In this document: positions 49,152 to 63,026 of the stretch, one piece after another
Position numbering within the stretch: the stretch's first letter is position 1
How the letters are laid out: the number at the start of each line of letters is the position of its first letter
Assembly: GCA_024704765.1 (NCBI GenBank)
Contig: JAKMXF010000314.1
Coordinates: forward strand, 1-64,000
DNA: 64,000 bases
Direction: 5' to 3'
From: Oopsacas minuta
Lineage: Eukaryota > Animalia > Porifera
The notes under the pieces: generated by a model
Databases searched by the model: none
Seen by the model: only the letters and a program-made list of their open reading frames with translations
What the model was told of the DNA's origin: nothing
Position numbers and translations under genes: made by a program

Positions 49152-50929
49152 TATCGCTCTTTTGATCTAAACATCTTAAAATAAATTACAGCGATAAAGG
49201 AAATAGCATTGTGGGAACTTATTAAATGTTCTATCTAGTTCAAACTCTAAAGAAATATGCCAAGGTTGAAACAGATGGAACCGAATATATCAGTATTCAT
49301 GAATTCCAACTAACCAAATACTGAACATTTTAGGTTTGGGTTAGCCGGATAACGAATACTGAACTATACGAGTCAGTATATTATGATCGGCTCTTTTGTT
49401 GAACTTTGATCAAATGATAAAAAGGAAAAATTTTGATAAAATTCTACTAAACTGTCTTCAGTCGAACTTTAATCGAAGAATTGTTGAATCTTGATCGAAA
49501 ATTAGAAAGTGATGGAAAAGGAGAAGTTTGATAGAAAATGGAGAAAATGATACAAAAAAATCCAAACATCCGCCATTTTACAAACTTTTCTAAAACCAAT
49601 CCTACAAAACTCCATCCAGTCATAAAATTAGCATAAATTCCACACTCCCTTCCCTTAGTAGCTAATAGCAAACACAAATACAAACTCCCAGGGCCATAAG
49701 GTAGTGAACTAAATCCCTAATCCCCTCCCAATGTTATCGGTTTCAAATTAATAAAATACACAGTGCTAGCACGTCCTAGATTGAAATCAATCGAGTCCGG
49801 TACATTGTGGCATTACATGGAGGGTCACGGAATGCCTCCCGTGAAAAGAACAAAAATACATAAAACCCTGGGCTGCACTACAAGTCTGTCGGCTTGACAT
49901 TTTTATCGATGGCTCAAGGAAATCAGGATGGGAAATATGAATATTGCGGTGTCATGGATAACAACAAATTACGATCAAAGTTCTCGTTTTCGATCATTTT
50001 CGATCCAAGTTCGACTGAAGACAATTTAGTGGGACCTTGATCAACATTTGCCTTTTTCATAATTCGGTAAAAGTTTGGCATAAGAAAATTGATGTAAGTT
50101 TTACAAAAAATTCGATCAAAATATACAGATGCCACTCTTCGGTTGCAAGCCAACCTTGATATATACTATACTACTTAACATTAAGCAGTTGTACATCGGA
50201 AAATAGTAGGTTGGAATTGTTTCTGCCCTTTGTGGGCAGGACTAATTATAATTATTTCACTGGTAAATATAGTGGTGCATGACAACGGTTTTAGACAGAT
50301 CTAGGCCTGTTTGAAATGATGTCCTGGTTCCAAATATCTATTTGAGATAATATTATTATCTTCAACGCTTGGATTTTTCCCAAGTTATTGGGGATTCTCT
50401 CACTTGTAGGGAAAATTCCCAAGATTTTGGATTTTTTTCTGAAAATTAGATTTCTGTGTACATAGTCGTTGTTGAAAGGTCTGTTTTGATAAGTAAATTT
50501 TCAGAAATGATCAGGATCAGTAGGAATGGATTTTCTCCGTCATTTCAGTGGATCTTGATTCAATTACATCAAAAATGGTCCAAAATACAGAAATTTTGGG
50601 ATTAATTCGATGCACTAGGTTCATTTCCATAGGTTTTTGATTAATTTTGTGTGTTGTTTGTTGTGAGTCAGTATTATTGTATAGCTTTTCTATTCGCTAC
50701 CGTTGCCAACATCTTGAGTAAGTATAAGTACTCACAAAGTTGTACTTGAACCGAACCCTGTGTCGTATTGACTAACTTAAGCCATAAGTGATGCCAATTT
50801 CGGTCGTAATAATCCAGCAGATGTTTGAATGTATTTGTTTGATTCATCATCTCTGACGCTTCCTGAATCCGAATCAGCTGGGTGCCAGATTGAGAGCCTT
50901 AGGGTTTTGTTTTCTGAACCACTTATTAT

Positions 50930-51433
50930 CTAGGATGCGACCCGTAAAACCCGTGGTCTGTGGCCCGCTATCAAAGCCCGCGGCCCGCTTATTTATTCCA
51001 CCAGCCCGTGATTTAGGAAATTTGTTTATTTTATGGCACTGTTGGCTGAATTCGTAAATGTATTCTCAAAGAATTGAGAATTCCTATAAATTCCGCGTTA
51101 TAAGATGCGGGAATCGTGTGCGCAACTAGTATATATATGAAACTTTATATATATGCAACACTTTGATTGTTTCGTTAGTTACAGATAACACTGACATGAT
51201 TCTAACTCTCTATGAGGATTATTAGATTAAACGAAAATAACATTTATAATACTTGTGATACTTACATATACTAAAATAGTAATAATTTCATGACCTAATT
51301 CTATAATTAAAGTATATTCATCATCTGTAAAATTGTTCTTTTTGACTCTTTCCAGCCCGTTTTGTGCCCGCGGCCCGTGGGAAAAGCCCGCAGCCCCTGA
51401 TTTACAATAAAGCCCGCACGGGTCGCACCCTAG
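50930..51433. mobile_element. hAT-type MITE with GCCCGC subterminal repeats
   Basis: Ends CTAGGATGCGACCCGT / ACGGGTCGCACCCTAG; flanks CTTATTAT / TTTATCAT (6/8 match, degraded TSD). Confidence 0.7.
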
Positions 51434-51767
51434 TTTATCATGAGTTATTTAATACAATTATCAAATACCTACCACCTTCTGTCCAAGTAATATTATTATA
51501 AAATATTTATATACACCTGTCTATTTTTGGCATTTTGGATAATTATACATATTGTAAATTGGTAATACGTAGTGGGAACATAGTTTACATGTTATCAAAC
51601 AAATTCACTACTTTCTAGAATCCAACTCTAAATTGACTTGTTTATTCAGTTACGTATACGTATGGCAAGTCTAAAGTTGAATTACATTATGTACATTTAG
51701 TGGTAATTACGTAATGAAAGTGTATGGAATTCGAAAAGTCAAATGACAGAGAAGTAAGATTACTTTA

Positions 51768-51935
51768 GGGTCAAAATCCCACGACCATAATACATTATAT
51801 GCGGGCCAAAATCCTACGACAATAATATATTATATGCGGGTCAAAATCCTACGCATATATTACATCGTAGGATTTTGACCCGCACCATGGATATGCTATT
51901 AGGATTTTGTATTGTGGGTCAAAATCCTACGCAAC
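51768..51935. repeat. 35-bp tandem repeat ending in a perfect 18-bp hairpin
   Basis: Units start at 51768, 51803 and 51838 (GGGTCAAAATCCTACG...). Stem GCGGGTCAAAATCCTACG (51836-51853) pairs with 51866-51883; a further motif copy is at 51916. Confidence 0.85.
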
Positions 51936-51949
51936 AGGGCTACGTTTGA

Positions 51950-52400
51950 TTAGTTCTAATTTAATCCATGCGAACAACTTTTCAATAGAGTTGACATCTT
52001 GACTTTGACTTGGTCAGTCTATTCTGTTTTGTTTAATATTTTTGTCAATCCATGCCTTGGTTAGTCCGGCTGTGTGCTTAAGGGCGTTATCCTGCACCAA
52101 AGACCACTCAGACCCATGAAAAATAGTTGCTTGCGTTATCAAGTGCCCCCTAGTGTATTCACAAAGAGAGCTGCTGTTAGTGTTTCTTAGAGAATACTAG
52201 TGGAAACGTGCCTACAGACAAAAAAGTTGCCCAAATGTTGATTTTTGGGTATGTTTCACTGTTATTCTCAGGTCTCAGTACCTTCCTTGGTCCACATGCA
52301 AATTCTTCCACGTGCGATCCGAATCGAAGTCTCATCAGTGAATATAGCATGTTGCCAATCATTACTAAGATATTTCTCTGCCCATTCTAGTCGTGGTCTA
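51950..52400 (-). mobile_element. Tc1 catalytic-domain relic
   Basis: KINIWA...WSLVQDNALKHT...DWPSQSQDVNSIE. Confidence 0.75.
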
Positions 52401-52429
52401 TGATTTTTCTCAGATAGTAGAGGATTGGG

Positions 52430-52760
52430 CTAGGGTATGGCTTAGTATACTTTAACTTCTTCAAAGCACAGTTACCGTATTCTTTGAGGTGGTAACTGGA
52501 CACTTTTCTGCCATAGATCTAAGAGAAATGTAAAGGGTTTTCTGAATTTGTTGTGCGATACTGTTCGTTATTAATGGGAGTAATTTCGCTGGACTTCCAC
52601 CCCCTTTTATCGTTCAATTGGCAAACATTCACTTAATCGGGATTTTAGGTTGTACACCGTTGATAACGAGACCCCTACAATTCTAGATATTTCCAGAGCT
52701 AAGTGTTTCTTGGCATTTTGAAGTATAATTTCGTGTTTCCTTTTCTCCTGAAACTTCTTG
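52430..52760 (-). mobile_element. Possible LINE APE-endonuclease relic
   Basis: Weak, degenerate ET.L, DR..GG and PP motifs in the expected order. Confidence 0.3.
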
Positions 52761-53789
52761 AATAATAAATGCTATTAAGGCAGAATGCAAATACAGATAT
52801 AATGATTCTAGTAAAAGTGTCTGTCTCATGATGAGGCAACAATAAATATGCACCAAAACCTTTTATAATATAAGGCAAATGTATTCCTAATAAAAAAGTG
52901 ACTTACTTAAATAAAATATTTTAAGTAGATATGTTTAATATTAACTATCTAACTAGTAGAATACTAGATGTAAAATAATATTGCAATTTCCAGATTTTTA
53001 TGAGACATATTGTATATATATGCTGCAGCCCAATTGAGAAGTTTGATCATTCGCGAATGGACTGGCCCGTTCGAGAATTGACCAATGCAACAGCAAATGC
53101 ACGAATTGACCAATTTATTTGGTTCATACGAGAATTACATAGAAACTGAGGTTAACCTTGAGATTCAAGGTTTGTTTATTTTCCCTCTCCAGACAAAGGT
53201 ATTCTGCCTTATCTAAAATACCATACAAATAATACTATAGTGGGTCTATTCTTGATGGTCAATACAATAAAACATTGATTGAGAGTATGTTTAGTGTCAA
53301 ATTCGCAATCTACGTATTCTGATAAATAGTTGCTAAGATTTCTCTGAAATACCCACTAATAAGTTTCAAAATTTCCAACCCTGTGTCACTCAGTGAAACA
53401 TATCACCATATGTATGATGGCTGTATATGGCATAGAGTAGAATGTGTCATGAGTTGAAAATATTTAGCATTAGCATTTAGTATCTAAATAGGAAGTCAGT
53501 ATACGGAGGTTTGCTACTGAGCAGAATGCAAAATTTGATTTAAGAGATTCTGTAAATCTTGAAGTTTTACTGCATTGCCCCTCAAGAATAGACGAGATTA
53601 GATTTTTTCTATGCAAATTTTAGCAGTAGTTGAATACTTTTGTTCAGGCAGGGTTCGTGAAGAACAACGATCACGGGATTTATTATAAATAAGTGGACAA
53701 TTACATGACTGGACAATTAGAGGGAACCCACTGTATTTTCTGAATTATGTTTTATTTCTATAGTTTTCATTTTATCTTCATTCTTATTG

Positions 53790-55649
53790 ATGGATTCTGC
53801 TTTGGAGGTAGAATGCCAATTTATTTCAGCTGGTTACAATCTCAAACAGTGGGACCTCATAAAGCAACATAACACTCTCAATTCCCTATCTGACCATGAA
53901 GTTAGTAAAACACCTGGGACTGAATTTTTGAGTCCTATTCATTCTGCTGGTCGTCATTTATTTTCTTCAGTAGTGATTGATTCAACTGCGAATACTATCG
54001 CTGCATTGATTGTTTCTAATCAAGAGTTGTATATATCTACTCTGAAAGAAGGTATGGGTTTCAAGAAAATTATTTTGAACGCTCCACAATGTATAGTATT
54101 TATTGGCCTAAATGATAGTTTTATTGCAGTGGGGTGTAACAAGGGTGTATTTCTCGTTGACACAAAGATTCCTAAAGTTATAGAATTTATTCGTTTACCT
54201 CTTTTTGATCACAAATCTGATTCAGTTATTTGTATTGATTGTTCACATGACCCGAAGAATTATTATTTCATAGCATTTGGTACTGAATTTGGAAATTTAT
54301 TTTATTTTACTTGTTTTCGTGATGTATGTAACCCTGAACAGATTGGAGTTAACGATCCCTCTACAAAAATTATCAGTATTAAGTTTTCACCCCATAATTA
54401 TTCTTATATAGCTACTGCCTATTCAAATTCTATGGTGAATATATGGGATCTGGACACTAAAACAATAGTTTACTCAGTTAGTTTCAACAGTTCAACTCTA
54501 TGCACTTCTCTTGATTTTTCTCCTTTTCGAAATGATATTTTATGCATGGGTAGAAATGATGGAGTTGTGTCTTTAATTGATTTTACCAAAATGCAAAAGG
54601 TTATTCAATTCACAATTCCAGAATCCGTTATTACTGGTTTGTTGTTTGTACACAATGGAATTCATATGATTGTTGGTGATGCAATTGGTCAGATTCATAT
54701 TTATAATCTTCGTACCCTTAAAGCAAGCCGTGCTTATCGCTTACATTCATCCTCTCTGAAATCCCTTGCTATCAAAAGAGCAAAATTTTCTATATCTGGA
54801 ATACAACCCTCTACCATTCCAATTTCGACAAATAGTGAGTTTACATATAGTACAAACCCGTTAATTTCCTCTAAATCTCCACCTTTAGAAGAGAATTCTA
54901 TTCAATATGAGCAAAAATCTAGATCAAATTTAGTTACTCAAAGATCATATATTTCTACCAAAACCAGCAATATAACTAATCTTCCCGATTCTTTCGAATC
55001 TCCAATTATCATATCTCCCTTGCGTGCGAATAATTTTGACTCTAAATCATCGATCCCCTCTACAACTCAGCTATCACATAAAAACTCCAAGTTTTACCAA
55101 AATATTGGTACCGGTTCCGATTTAGTGCCCCCAATAAATAATGATTATTCAATCCCATCTAAAAAAGAGTCTCAAAAGTTAACATCAGTTTACCTGAATT
55201 CGCCACCTTATAAAAGTAATAATGCTAACCTTACTGGTTTAGCTAGACCAAAAGAATTTAGCCCTATAGTATATCCTATATTTGGGCCAGATAAACATTC
55301 TCAAGAGTTCTCTAATCTTCAAAACAAGGTACACTTTCCTGAGCTAGGTAATGACATACCTAATTGTAATTTTGTCAAAGATTCTATTATCAATGAAACC
55401 CTTCCAACTGAAACGGATCTGATTCCAACCAACATATATTATGCTACACTTCAAAAGTTATTCGATAATAATTCGAATGAAATGAAAGAATTCTTTGGTC
55501 AACAAATGATTAATCTTTTGGGTGAGCTAACGAGAAATGTAACTAATCAGCAAATTCAAATTGCTTTATTACACAATAAATTGGATTTATTAAATGATTC
55601 TATAGAAAACATTCACAAAACATTATCAAATAATCCACATTTGTTGTAA
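53790..55649 (+). CDS. NEDD1: NEDD1/GCP-WD-like WD40 protein (gamma-tubulin ring complex adaptor), single exon, 619 aa
   Basis: Uninterrupted ORF with first ATG at 53790. N-terminal FISAGYNLKQWD (compare FASSGDDIKIWD); WD40 repeats including SLDFSPFRNDIL and IVGDAIGQIHIYNLRTLK; S/P/T-rich middle; C-terminal helical coiled-coil. This is the NEDD1 architecture. Confidence 0.78.
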   Translation: MDSALEVECQFISAGYNLKQWDLIKQHNTLNSLSDHEVSKTPGTEFLSPIHSAGRHLFSSVVIDSTANTIAALIVSNQELYISTLKEGMGFKKIILNAPQCIVFIGLNDSFIAVGCNKGVFLVDTKIPKVIEFIRLPLFDHKSDSVICIDCSHDPKNYYFIAFGTEFGNLFYFTCFRDVCNPEQIGVNDPSTKIISIKFSPHNYSYIATAYSNSMVNIWDLDTKTIVYSVSFNSSTLCTSLDFSPFRNDILCMGRNDGVVSLIDFTKMQKVIQFTIPESVITGLLFVHNGIHMIVGDAIGQIHIYNLRTLKASRAYRLHSSSLKSLAIKRAKFSISGIQPSTIPISTNSEFTYSTNPLISSKSPPLEENSIQYEQKSRSNLVTQRSYISTKTSNITNLPDSFESPIIISPLRANNFDSKSSIPSTTQLSHKNSKFYQNIGTGSDLVPPINNDYSIPSKKESQKLTSVYLNSPPYKSNNANLTGLARPKEFSPIVYPIFGPDKHSQEFSNLQNKVHFPELGNDIPNCNFVKDSIINETLPTETDLIPTNIYYATLQKLFDNNSNEMKEFFGQQMINLLGELTRNVTNQQIQIALLHNKLDLLNDSIENIHKTLSNNPHLL

Positions 55650-56182
55650 AGTACTAGTATTCTATATTGTAAATTTATGTTATCACATTATCCATAAAAT
55701 TTCATAATTTTACCATGTACAAACAACCTTCGATTACGCAACTTTACATTTCCCGAACTCTTCGATTTTCCAAACATGCTCCCTGATACTTTATATATAA
55801 CAATATCTAATGTTGGACTGTACTATTTTTGAAAGTCGTAACACTAATGCCTCATCACATGAAATCGATAAAACTCTTTTCTACAGAAATTGTATTTTTT
55901 TCCACATTGCTAGGAATTATATTATTTTTGTTTTACAGTTTGTCTATTAAGCACGGATGCCAATCCAATCGATATCAAAGAATCGTCTATTGAGAAAGTA
56001 ATCGATTTTTTCGTCGATGAGAATCAATATTTTAATCGCTGTTTATTGATGTTTTCATACATATTTATCCGTTTTCATAGATATTTGTCTATTTTTTATC
56101 ATATAAATATTATCATTAATTAACGTTTCTTTCGATTTTTATCTATCCGAGAAGTAAGCGATAAGTCGATAACCATGCAAAG

Positions 56183-56225
56183 TACAGTAGACCATTGATT
56201 ATCTGACACTTCGGCTATCCGAACA
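56183..56225. mobile_element. Solo Tigger/pogo-like terminus
   Basis: TACAGTAGACCATTGATTATCTGACACTTCGGCTATCCGAAC; no partner end found. Confidence 0.4.
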
Positions 56226-59200
56226 GCAGGAAGAATCTAAAATCGTCAATGTATATAGGCCTTATAACACCTGGGTTTCGAATCCCTGTACCCGGATCCA
56301 TTTCACGGAATTCAATATATGTTTGGTATTAAAGCTCAATCCTGGATACTCAATCTTGGTGTCTGTTTTTCAATTCCGAGATCCCGTCTTTTTTCAATTT
56401 GTATTATAGTGCAGAGACATGGGAAGGTTGTATTTTGCCCAGACACTTTCTCATAGGTGTACACATACAAATGTCCACTATAGAAGCACAGATTTTTCTG
56501 CTAAGGCGTTGCCCCGAATAATGTTTTTGGGCTGGCTGCATCCGCTTAAATACTTTGGTCAGCAGTAAATATCGTAATTTAGTATATTACTGTTAAAGAA
56601 TTTCAGAAGCAGATCCTTGTTGCCAAAGAGTATAGAAAATTTGAAGTACAACCGTAGTAACGAATCCACCTGATTTCGATTGTATTAAAGATGGTAGTCG
56701 ACCAGACTTTCTTAATAATTGACGGGATGTACTCGACACCAGGTGCCTAGAATTCAGCTATTGACCTCTGGATACTGTGCCTAAAGCATTAAGAAATTAG
56801 CAAATCCCCTAATGATTGAATTTGGGAGTCTGGTTTGATGTTTTGTGTTGTAGCGATACAAACGTAAACCAACAAAAGGTACTTTAAATTATCATAAATA
56901 TATTGAAATATTTGACATAATAGAACATCAATTTCATTCTTGATTTAAAAGCATTATCTCCCTGATGTTTTAACTGGTCGGACAGTCTGGCTTGGTTAAT
57001 GAATGGTGATAATACTCATGACAAGCTATCCTACTAATTTTCTTTTATGCTACAACCAGGGCCGTAGCCAGCTTCTTACTCCAGAGTAGTCAAGATGGAA
57101 AAATTTCCTTAATACGTATTAGGTAGTCTTATATCTGTTACTAATCCAAATAATATTTCACTATAGTGTTTTCTCCGTTTCGATCCCCATTGCCCACTGG
57201 TGGACAATCAGACAGGATCCACTGTATACAATTCTAAAAATTGCACATGGCACCTGCAAATACAATAAATTTCACAAGCATCACTAAAATCATGTTAATG
57301 TAGCAAGTATAAGCCAATTGAAATTAGCTGTCGAAGAAATATTGAACTCGGTTTTAGCTAACCCCAGCTGATCTATAATATAGGCTTTAGTACAGTCAAA
57401 ATCCTTTTTCTAATGTCTAAAATCTTTCTTAATCAGGGAAATTGACGTGTATTTAACATTTAGAACGACCTGTTTTTCCCGATATCCAATTTACTATGGC
57501 TTATTATCCAGGATTATGTGAGAATAATGAAATGTTGCTAATTTATTGAGTTGGACTAGGGATATGTTAAGCCAGTCACTATTAATATACGTAGGGATGG
57601 CGCTTAGTTCGACAAAATAAAAAATTGTCATTTTAGCCCCAAAATATGTGTTAAATAATACACCTAATCTCTACGATTTTCAATTCGAAACGACATGACC
57701 TGATTTCTTAAATACTTCTTGTCAAAATATGCTACCAAATACTAATCCTCCAATTTATTTAATTTTTCTGAGACAATTATTAATATATTTACGCCCACAA
57801 ACTATATATAATGGATTTATTAGATAGTCTTTCATGCGTGTAAAATCTTGAATGATGCGAGAAATTGAGAGAAACTTTTGTTCACAACAAAATTTGTTCG
57901 CATTATTCATGCTATATAACCTATAATTATAATGTATCGTCATAATGTTTAAATAGAGAAAATTAATGAAAATTCACACATATTGGGTTTGAGCTGTAGA
58001 AGTAACATTTGAACTACACCCAGTATAAGTTTGATAGTATTTTGAAGGTTTAAATTATATTTATAGGAATTTAAGTTGGGTGGACAAAATATTCTTTCAA
58101 AAGGCCCGAAAATCAACATAATTTGGTGAGACTTTGAGATAGTACAACACTCATGTAAGTTGATTCAGATAAAACGAAATTGTAGATTTGGATACACCTA
58201 CATATTTCTAGTCATTCTCAATATATACATTGACAAGATTTAAATATGAAATTTCCATTACTGGAAGCGAATAACCCAGTGTAGTGATATTGCTTGGATT
58301 TAACAAATAAATCAATATCTATTCTATATCAGTCGTTGCTAGACGAAGACACTGATTCAAATGTGAATGAGTGATGGTTGAATTAATTGTGGATTTCGTA
58401 TCCTTCATGCGGGAAAACATCTGCTCGCAAAACTATGTCTTTCCAAAGAGTGAAAATATTTTGTTACGTACATTGTCAATTTTTGTAAAATTTCTCTACA
58501 AAACATATAAATCTGTCCATTTTTCATTGAAACTGCGAGATACTTCACTGTAATCTCGTTTTCTGCTAGAACTCGCCTTTCCAATTTAGGTTCTGCATCC
58601 TACGTTATACTTGTGAAGCTATAATAATTGATAGAATTTGTAAATGCAAACTATAGTTACCAAATACTGTATCCATACTAGGAACATTGATGCATTTGTA
58701 AAGCATCGATAATAATTTCTATATGGTGATTAGATAAAACAATTATTTTCTTACGATTGCAGCACGTCAATCCACTGTATATATATGAACAATGAAAACA
58801 AGCCAATTATTCGCGAGCGATAGCGAATGATCTCGCGGGCCACCGTTTGAGCACCCTTGACTTAAAACTAAGTATTGGGTAGTTTACTAAATATGAACAG
58901 AAAATCATTTTGTTAAGGATTCTGATAAATGTGACGTAATGGTAATCAATTAGTAGAGGTTAAGAAAGTTGTAATATTTCGTAACTATTGACTATTAGTA
59001 ACCACATATTCAGGGCCCGTATTAAGGTCTTCTTAGGGCCTAGGCACTTCGGTTACCAAGCAGTAATAATTTTTTGCGAATCATAATCACACATGTGCCA
59101 TGATGATTTTCAATACCAGGATCCCTTGATCACCCTCATAAATTTCATTCATGATTGCATCCCGTATTACAGTCATAACTGGGTTTGAACATGAGGTCAA

Positions 59201-59289
59201 ATCAGATTCCGGGATTCAAATCCATAGGCGCTTATCGATTAATCATTTGCTTATTAGTATCATTTTAATATATTAAAACACCATAAATC

Positions 59290-61330
59290 TAGTGGCGGAT
59301 TCTTGAAAACATTCTGGGGGGCAAATTGAACTTATAAGAGCTAGTTTTTGATTCATTATAGAATACTATACAGTACACATACAAGAACTACAATTCATTG
59401 GGATATCTCAGCAATTCGATATTTTCTGATTCTTTATTGTACGTTTCTATTTGTCACAATTAGCCAATATAATTATAGAACCACGAGGAAAGAAGTCTAA
59501 GAATTTGGAAACTTGTTCTCAGAGTATTTCAGCAAATTCAAGCCAAGAAGCTAGCACGCAGGACCAACAGTTGCAAATAGCCAATCGTCTTTACCAATTT
59601 CCTCGCAAAGCGAATTCGAGACGACTCCATTTTCACATAAAGTTGATAATTTTCAATCTTCTCCAGTAAATGATTTAGAAAAAACATCTACAGAAATGTT
59701 GTTGATCTAGGAAGCATTGATAATTTCCCAAGTAGACCGATTCTTAAAAATTTCCCTATTACTAATGAACGGAATTTAGTTTCTAAATGGTATTCAGGCT
59801 TCAGCTGGCTAGAATATAGTATTATGTTGGATAGTGCTTTTTGTTTTGCTTATAGAAATTTCAATTCTGGGAGAACATATGCAAGGGACGTTTTTTCAAT
59901 CACAGGATTTTCTCACTGCAAACATGCATTGGAAAAAGAAAAGGGATCAACAAAACACATCAGTTCTGTGGACCATATGATTCCCATGGCCGGATGGAAT
60001 AAATATCAGCACATAGAGACAAGTAATCCAATGTCACTCGTGAATATTCTAAACCCCGGTAGAAGATGTCGTAATGGAGAATAGAGAATATCTAATATGC
60101 TGATAGAGATAATCGGTTCTTTTGTCTCCAGGAGTTACTATATCGAGGTCATGATTAAACATATAACTCAATGAATACAGGAAACTGAAAAGTTTTTATA
60201 AAAATGCAGCTATCTACGAAATCCACTTTTAAACATTTATTCGAAAAAGTAAAGCACAATATTCATCTTATGATTATACTTCCAAAACAATGTGTATTGA
60301 GTTTATTAAAGCCCTTGCTGATGAGATAAAGTGGATAGTGAAAGTGAATTTGCAAATGCTGGTACTTATTCTATATTAATCGATGAATGTAAAGATAATG
60401 TCGGTCATGAAGAACTAGCCTTATGCATCCACTACGTGAACTAGGATAGCTACATAGAAGAAAGATTTTATGAAATGGTAAGACTAAAGTACACTGATGC
60501 TGATTGAATCTTTTAGATTAGAGTTCTTAATAATCTTGAAAATATAGGTCTCACATCTTCTTTTATTGCCTTGGGAGCAGTGGGGCATCGGTAATGAGCG
60601 GCTGTAATGGAGGCGTTTACAGTTAATTGAAAAGAACATTCCAATAGTTACTTTACATTCACTGCACTGCACATCAGCTCAATTTAATAGTTCTTACATA
60701 CCTAAAAAGTATCAGTGCGGCAAAAGGATTGTTTGACGTGCAACAGTCACTTAACAACGTGTTTAATGTTGCCAATAATAGGGAATTTCGGAGAAACACA
60801 AAAAGAGGTGTATACTAATGAACCTATTGTCTCTGCTGAAAGTCTTACAGACACAAGGTGGTCTTGTAGATTCTTTGCTTTCGAGACAATTTATCGCAAA
60901 CTGAAAGCAATTATAATAAATAGTAAATGAATTTTCTTTCGAATTTAATGACTTTGTCAACAAATATGACTTGTATAATGGAGAAATTCAGAATATAACA
61001 TATTTAGTCAATCCTTCAATGTGTTTCTGAATTGATTTTTTTAAAGAATCTATAGTTGTGTTATTTCGTAATTGAACAATAAGATGGTCTAGACTCTAGG
61101 GTGTGAATAATATAAACATTATTAAATGATATCAATAACAAGTTGCTCATATAACATTCATTACAAATACATAAATCAACATTTTTTAATCGAGTAAAAG
61201 TATCAAGTATTACAATCAAGTGCCACATACTTATGTGCACTACATTGAGTAAACTAGGAAATTGGAATATTAAAATATCTTTCAAGTGAGCATAATTTTT
61301 TCAAAGAAAATTGGGGCAGCCCCCCAATTT
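59290..61330 (+). mobile_element. Decayed hAT (ZMYM1-like) element
   Basis: Left end TAGTGGCGGATT; TTF Zn-finger WLEYSIMLDSAFCFAYR...GFSHCKHAL; YSILIDECKDNVGHEELALCIHYV; VHCTAHQLNL; LTDTRWSCRF. The right end is unclear. Confidence 0.8.
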
Positions 61331-61698
61331 CAGGCTCTTTTCAAAACTGGGGGAAGGTTGTAAAGAACATTCCCTTGGATTAGTATATAACTCTCTCCGG
61401 ACTGTTGTTAGACTTCTAAGCCACCCCATTGTTTGTGGCGGGTGTATTTTTAATGGAAAATCGAGTAAATTTTGGGGAAAATTCAGTATTTGAGTTTAGG
61501 ACCAATTCCAGTTACTCCATTCGATATTGCAATTTACGATACATACCAAAATCCATAGCTAGGCCATTTCAAAAATCGAATATTAGCTCAAATTCCAATT
61601 TCAACAATTATGACAAAATCCCAATTCTAAATTTATGAGAAATTCCAATTTCGAAAGTAGGTGCAAATTTCAATTTTAGCTTAGGGCACATGCTATAC

Positions 61699-62208
61699 CA
61701 GGGCTGTAACCATGAAAATTCGAGTGGTCCGATTGGATACAGCACAAACAAGAAAAAGTGATCAGGTTAACTTGCACAACTGGACCAGTTGATGACATAA
61801 TGAAAAATATGCTAGCAAAATCGGTCAGGTTGAAAACTGACTAACCGGAGCAATGGCTACGGCCATACAGTATAGTATATATTATATAAAAGTGTGACTA
61901 TAGCCAGGGCTATAATTCTAATGCAATGATATTATTAAATATTCTCCCAGAGGTGGGTTAAAAGTATACACAGAACGCCAGAAGGATCTAAATCGATCTC
62001 AGATAGTAGGTACGTGTTGAAATCAAGTCAATAGTAGGTCGGAATATAATCATACGCATGTCGCAAAGAAATACAAGAAAAAGCTTGTTAACTAAGAGAT
62101 TACTACATACTATGCTCGGCTCTATGTAAACTGCTTAAATACCGTTAATAAGCAATTCGCTGTATCCCGACCATAACCTAACCAACCTGACCAGTGGCCA
62201 CAGCCCTG
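61699..62208. mobile_element. hAT-type MITE(s), possibly two tandem units
   Basis: CAGGGCTGTAACCA at 61699 and TGGCCACAGCCCTG ending at 62208; internal end-like motifs at ~61855-61867 and ~61905; GGTCAGGTT repeats. Confidence 0.6.
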
Positions 62209-63026
62209 TATAATACCCCGAATAAAGTTTGATACTTAGGACTTCTGAGATTGCCGAAACATACTATAATCGAGGAGAAAACTTCGGTGGCTAAAAATCT
62301 TTATGTATATTGCAATTTTCAAATTCCCGAAAGTAGAAAGTGAATCGTAACTAAAAAATTTTGATGAATTCTAAATTTGATTAGCTACTCTTTTAATGCA
62401 TCAAAATAGATGACCTCCCTAAAGGTAATCAACAACATCAATGCAAGGAGGTACAACTATTATGTATAGGAGGCTATGATATGATGAAATCCTCACACCA
62501 TTAACATCTTTTCATTTTAAGCCTAAAGCTTTAGAAGGGCGTAAAGCTTGTCTTTAACGACCACTCTACGTTCCGAAATATGTGGTTGTAATTCAGGTAA
62601 TCGTTTACCTCAGCTAACTAATAGCTTCATTCGTGGGAGAGAAAGTGATCGCAAAGGTGATACCACTGTGTATCCCGTTTAACACTGGGTAGCTATTGCT
62701 ACCTAAAGAGGGTGGCGTAGCCAACCTTGACGGGCTACTGCCGCACACATGGTGAAACATCCCAGTTGATGCAGATTTACTAGATAATTCAGCAATGTGC
62801 TAGTAAAAATGAAGATTTCATTGAATATATATAAGTATAATGATTGATTGAAACACAGTTGTTTATATTTGTCAATAGTAAACGACCATATCATACAATT
62901 TCTCAAATGCAGATAAATGAAAAACAAGAGTTCTGTGTTGTATATAAAGTTAGATAACGATGGATGATTTTGTGATATAATAGCTGAAAATCATTAGATT
63001 ATAATTAGGGAGATCATGGGAATTGA

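Noticed and set aside
51768-51935. CRISPR-like array (35-bp period)
   Set aside because: The units are tandem with no unique spacers, the context is eukaryotic, and no cas genes are present.
62663-62670. CCACTGTG resembling a Transib right end (also single CACAGTG at ~35744, ~39333 and 49759)
   Set aside because: No partner end, TSD or family subterminal block; isolated heptamers are expected by chance in 64 kb.
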